From positions 3,100,001 through 3,164,000 of the forward strand of contig CATNEN010000041.1 of NCBI GenBank assembly GCA_950097015.1: a stretch of 64,000 nt of DNA. Reading direction: 5' to 3'. Below, in pieces: positions 59,126-64,000 of this stretch. A program made the position numbers and the translations under genes. Source of the DNA: Macrostomum hystrix. Taxonomy: Eukaryota; Animalia; Platyhelminthes. A model generated the notes under the pieces. It searched no databases. It worked only from the letters and a program-made list of their open reading frames with translations, and was not told the DNA's origin. Positions within the stretch are counted from its first letter, which is position 1. Each line of letters begins with the position of its first letter.

Positions 59126-59776
59126 ACAAGACAAAAGCTATAGTTTCTATCATTTCTAAATGTTTAAATCTGGCATTCCATGCAGAGACACACTGCTGCT
59201 CCAGAACATAAATCACAAGCTGTCACTTCTACTTCAATGAAATTCTGTTTCTATTTCTAAGAAGTACGAGCTAAATGCTAAAATAAGACCAGGTAAAACA
59301 AAAAACGAAACAAGCCGGTGACAGAAAATATTCGTTGAGGTCTAGTTGAGATGAGCACTGAGAGTCATGAGCACACATACTCAACGGGTGCAATGGGTGA
59401 CAGATTTGCGGCAAAGAAAACTTTATCAAAAGCTCAGGTGTCGGGAAAAGACTAAAGTTGAAATAAACAGAAAGTAAGGTCTAAGATCTAGAAATAATAA
59501 AATGCCGGCCACATCTACTGGCTGGTCAGAGGAAACTTCAGGTCAGGTGGTAAGTGATAAGCTGAGTAAAGTTAACAATAATACATTGCATTACAATTCT
59601 ATACAGTGTTTGCCGCTCTGCTCTGTTAGTTCAGCATGTCGCGACATTCTCATGTTCTTTCTAAATCCCCTCTGAGTTCATTCCAGCTAACCCAGCTGAC
59701 TCTGCTCAAATTGTCTGGCTCTCTCGCCATCTTCTGATTGGTCCATCGCCCGCCCTTGAGGCTCGGTCTCTTGACC

Positions 59777-59918
59777 TGTACCACACCTGGTCCTCTTATC
59801 CTAGCGCCACCGCCCAGTATGAGGGGCTTTAGCTACACCTGGGACTTTGTACCACACCTGGTCCTCTTATCCTAGCGCCGCCGCCCAGTTTGAGGGGCTT
59901 TAGCTACACCTGGGGCTT
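59777..59918. repeat. 71-bp direct duplication (2 copies)
   Basis: tgtaccacacctggtcctcttatcctagcgcc.. starts at 59777 and 59848. Confidence 0.85.
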
Positions 59919-60459
59919 TGTGTCTCGCATTGTTTCTAAGGCCCTTACATCAGTTCACAGTGGCGGCATCGAGCTGCAGTCGGTGTCAGTTGCTTCCAGT
60001 CGGCGCCCCTGTCTCTCGCCCGCGTGCTTACCCGCACTGCCGGGCCTCAGACGAAGGCCGGCGACTTTCCTTTCCCCAGCAGCGCCCTTCTCTCTGGGGA
60101 TCGCGGCGGCATGGAATTAGGGCCGGGGGGCGGAGCGGCTGAGGCCGGGGCTGCGAAGGCGCATCATGAAAGTTGCGGAAAGCGGCCCATAGCAACCCAC
60201 TCTCCAGCGCTAACAAAGTCGAATAAGACGCTGCGCACTTATAGCTTCAAAAACTGGAAACTCATGGCCAGATATCGCAAAATATTCAATCTCAAATTGA
60301 TTAATGGCTCGTACGAGCTATGCAGCAAGAAATACGGACTGCCGGCATTCAATCAGGCTGATGAATGCGCGGCATGCACAGCTGGCGATGTACGCTCGTG
60401 CTTTGACATGATTGGACCGGAAATGCTTTGACTGTTGCATGCTGCATCTTGCAGTGGGA

Positions 60460-61105
60460 TCTGTGAGAGCTGTGCGATCTGTGAGAGCTGTGCGATCTGT
60501 GAGAGCTGTGCGAGCTGTAAGATATGTGAGAGCTGTGAGAATTGTGCGAGCTCTGAGAGTTTTAAGAGCTGTGAGAGTTTTAAGAGCTGTGAGAGTTTTA
60601 AGAGCTGTGAGAGTTTTAAGAGCTGTGAGAGTTTTGAGAGCTGTGAGAGTTTTAAGAGCTGTGAGAGTTTTAAGAGCTGTGAGAGTTTTAAGAGCTGTGA
60701 GAGTTTTGAGAGCTGTGAGAGTTTTAAGAGCTGTGAGAGTTTTAAGAGCTGTGAGAGTTTTAAGAGCTGTGAGAGTTTTGAGAGCTGTGAGAGTTTTGAG
60801 AGCTGTGAGAGTTTTGAGAGCTGTGAGAGTTTTAAGAGCTGTGAGAGTTTTAAGAGCTGTGAGAGTTTTAAGAGCTGTGAGAGTTTTGAGAGCTGTGAGA
60901 GTTTTGAGAGCTGTGAGAGTTTTGAGAGCTGTGAGAGTTTTAAGAGCTGTGAGAGTTTTAAGAGCTGTGAGAGTTTTAAGAGCTGTGAGAGTTTTAAGAG
61001 CTGTGAGAGTTTTAAGAGCTGTGAGACTTTTAAGAGCTGTGAGAGTAGTCACAGCTGTGAGAGCAGTGAGAGCAGAAACAGCTGTGAGAGCTGTGAGAAC
61101 AGTGA
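60460..61105. repeat. 18-bp minisatellite in a Kv2 intron
   Basis: Unit (g/a)agagctgtgagagtttt. It is the source of the RAVRVL, LTALKT and SCESFK ORFs. Confidence 0.96.
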
Positions 61106-61350
61106 GTATGGGAGATCAGTTAATCCATAATATGCTCACTGAACTGCAACTTTATAAAGGGGTGAGAAAGATGAGCAGCATAGAAATATAACTGGCTAAA
61201 AGCTTTCGGAAGTGAATGAAAGTGAAATGCGCCAGGCCATAAACAAACAAACTGTGATGCCCGGAGTCGCTGGCCAAGCTGCTCTCTAATGGCTTGTGTG
61301 ATTCCGCTAAAATTGAATTTGCTTTACGCAGCAGTTTGCAGCTGTCTTAC

Positions 61351-63508
61351 CTGGCGAATTGGAGGATGAAACCTGCAGCTCCTTTTTCGAGTTTTTGAAG
61401 CGGTCCTTCAAGGTCTTCTTCTTTGCTGGGGCAATCGGCGGAGACGCGGCTGACGTCATTGGCAGCGGCGGAGGTGACGGCGTGTGCAGCTCCTCGTCCT
61501 CCGGCGCGAAGTGGATTTTCTCGCGTCGCTGCGGTGGCAGGCGCAGAGGCTGAGGCGGCGAGTGGCGACAGGCGGGACAGGAGGCCCTAAGCGACAGGCT
61601 GGGCGACTGGTTGTTGGAGCGGCCCTGAGGAACTGCTGTCGAGCAGGTGGTGCCCGTGGCAGACGAGTCACTGCGGTCTCTGTGGCTCTCAACTGCTGAT
61701 GTTGGCTGCTGCTGCTGTGGCTCCACCGGGGAGCCGGGCGCGTGGCTGTTGCAGGTGAGGTAGCTGTCAGAGCTGGCCAGGCTGTGGCTGTGGCTGGTCA
61801 AGTCCGGCCGACTGATCAAGGATGGCGTGGCGGTAGCCGCTGCTGCAGCGGCCGTGGCTGCGGCGCTGAGGCTTCGAGGCAGACTGGCCTCCCGGCAAGG
61901 CTGCAACTGGTACTGCGGGGGCGGTGGGAGCTGCGTCTGCTGCTGATGCTGCTGAAAGCGCATGGCTCCGCGCTGAACACCAAGGAGCTCATCTTCGGAG
62001 TCGATGTAAAGAATTTCCTGAAAATGTATTATTTGTAGACACGAATTGGCTGGAGCTCGGGAAATCAAGCATTTCCCTGCGAGAGAAAGTCTACAGACAG
62101 CCAGCATCTACACGTACAAAAAGGAGGCCTCTTTATCTACAATTCGCGACAGCGAGTGCGCATGTACTTTCTCTATAGTGCAAAAGGACACAGTTAACGA
62201 TCAGCTGAATTCACTCGCCTGCCGGCCTCCTCGGCTCACCGCTGCGCCGAGGGTAGCAGCCGACGCCTGTTGCTGCTGCTGCTGTTGATGAGAGCTGACT
62301 GGTGGACCCGTCCGCCCACTCTTAAGCATCCAGGAGGCCCGGAGTTCGCGCCCTCCGTCGGACCTCTCGAATGAAACTGCTGCTCCGACGTCGTGAGAGT
62401 TGTCGACACCGCTGCCACCGCCTGCGCCTGGATTCTGGAAGAATACCAGAGGCTCCAGTTCCTGATGCTGCTCATGATGAAGATGCCGGTGATGGTGCTG
62501 GTGATGCTGGAGGAAATTTTGCAGCTGCTGCTGGCGCTCAGAGCAGCCGCCCGAGCTGCCGCCGCTCACCCGGTCGGCGCCGATACCGCCTCCTGCGATG
62601 CCGGCTCCTGTTGATGCTCCGCCACCGACTGCGCTGGCGCTCTCGTGGCTGGCTCGTCGGCGAGCGGTGGAGGCAATCGAGATGAGGCTGCCCTTCCGCT
62701 TGGCAGCGTCGATGGCCTCCATGCGGCGCTGGGCCTTCTCCCGGCGCGACTGCTCCTTATAGTACTCGGCGAAGTTGTTGACGATAATAGGTATCGGCAG
62801 GGCCACCACGAGAACGCCGCAAATGCAGCAGACGCTGCCCACAAGCTTGCCAAGGAAGGTCTTTGGCACAATGTCACCATAGCCAACTGTTGTCATGGTG
62901 ATGGCAGCCCACCAGAATGTGGCGGGGATGGACTTAAAGGGATTCGGCTTATCTCCTTCGCCTGGTTCGTCCTTCTCGGCGAAGTAGGCAAGGCTGGAGA
63001 AGAGCAGGACGCCCAGCAGCACGAACATGATGAGCAGTCCCAGCTCCTTGTAGCTGCGCCTGAGCGTGTAGCCCAGCGACTGCAGGCCGGTGGAGTGTCG
63101 GGCGAGCTTCAGGACACGCAGGATGCGCAGGATGCGGAAGATCTGCACGATCTTGCGCACGGAGGTCAGCGAAGTGTACGAGTCGCCGCTGCTATCGTCC
63201 TGCAGGCTGCGCATGAGGATGAGGGACAGGTAGTACGGCACTATGGCGATCAGGTCGATCACGTTCATGGGCCCCTTTAGGAACTTGCAGGTGTCAGGCG
63301 AGGCCCAGAGCCGCAGCACGTACTCCAGGGTGAACCACACGATGCAGACCGCCTCCACGATCTCCAGCTTGGGGTTGTCCTCCATGGTGTACACCGGGGT
63401 GCTGTTGGCGACAGTCTTTGTGTGGTTTAGCTGCAGCTCCGGGATCGTGTTCAGGGTCAGGCCTACCGTGGACAGCACGATGAACAGAATGGAGATTATC
63501 GCCACCAC
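61351..63508 (-). CDS. Shab: Voltage-gated K+ channel, Kv2/Shab family: S1-S6 exon plus C-terminal exon (T1 exon beyond the right edge; final exon unresolved)
   Basis: Exon 62240-63508 (cccgcag|[14 protein letters not shown], matching the Kv2 S1 exon start) contains S4 [25 protein letters not shown], pore TMTTVGYGD and the Kv2-type S6 [10 protein letters not shown]. Exon 61351-62017 is phase 0-1. Confidence 0.93.
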
Positions 63509-63911
63509 CTGCGGGTCGGCGACAGAATGGGTGGAAAACTGATAGCGAGTCCAAGAAGCTGGTTGCGTCATCTGCAGAGGCAGCTGAGAATTATCAGCCG
63601 ATAATCTCTTTCAGCTACAAAACTGGTCACAAAATTCATTCGTCCCGCTGCGTGATTCGATGCTGGAATGCTTGAATAACCAGTTACTCAGCGCACTTGG
63701 CATGATAGCTTTGTACTTTTAGCAAATATGTTCATCAGGTTGAACTATAAGTGCAGAGGAAATGCGGCCAGTGAAAGTGCATTTCAATGATCAGTAAAAA
63801 ATAGATCGGATGTCCCGATATCGCTGCCTCAGGTGGCTCGAATTCACGAACAACACTCAGGAAGTACATGTGTGCTGACTAACGAAAGGCATACAAACAG
63901 ATCTACCCGAG

Positions 63912-64000
63912 CCACTGCACTGACTCTCCAAGGGGCTAGCGAATCACCTCCCAACTGGCCGAGGTCTGCCACTGCACTGACTCTCCAAGGGGCTAGCGAA
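63912..64000. repeat. 57-bp tandem repeat running off the right edge (probably in Kv2 intron)
   Basis: ccactgcactgactctccaaggggctagcgaa at 63912 and 63969. Confidence 0.8.

Noticed and set aside
60318-61191. RAVRVL / LTALKT / SCESFK ORFs
   Set aside because: 18-bp array in a Kv2 intron.
62201-63571. Supplied 456-aa ORF as the complete K+ channel
   Set aside because: It lacks the T1 domain and both ends are intronic (acceptor at 63509, donor at 62239).
1-64000. tRNA, rRNA, snRNA, spliced-leader RNA, telomeric repeats, stop-readthrough (TGA-CTAG) signals
   Set aside because: None recognised by eye. A covariance-model search (Infernal/Rfam, tRNAscan-SE) would be needed to exclude small RNAs.

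Overview
Eukaryotic (animal) genomic DNA with spliceosomal GT-AG introns, GC-rich Ala/Gly-rich exons, AT-rich intergenic tracts and about 35 different minisatellite arrays. The style resembles the flatworm Macrostomum, but this is inference only. Exon structures were rebuilt by hand from splice sites and reading-frame phase. Genes: two tandem minus-strand receptor genes (gene B: C-type-lectin-like domain + 4 sushi/CCP + TM, with a duplicated last exon; gene A: paralogue truncated by the left edge); an unknown 515-aa ORF; a calmodulin-like gene; a small unknown two-exon gene head-to-head with an RBR E3 ligase (RNF19/Dorfin); an unknown multi-exon gene; casein kinase 1 alpha carrying a 1-nt frameshift; 6-phosphofructokinase; and the 3' part of a Kv2/Shab channel. 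A 278-bp hAT-like MITE is also present. The main unexplained pattern is that almost every intron over about 290 nt holds its own private minisatellite, and many units are copies of the adjacent exon-intron junction. This builds ladders of duplicated splice sites, including 58 in-frame copies of one 5' splice site at exact 27-bp spacing. Most long ORFs in the supplied track are artefacts of these arrays. No tRNA, rRNA, CRISPR array or intact transposase was recognised.
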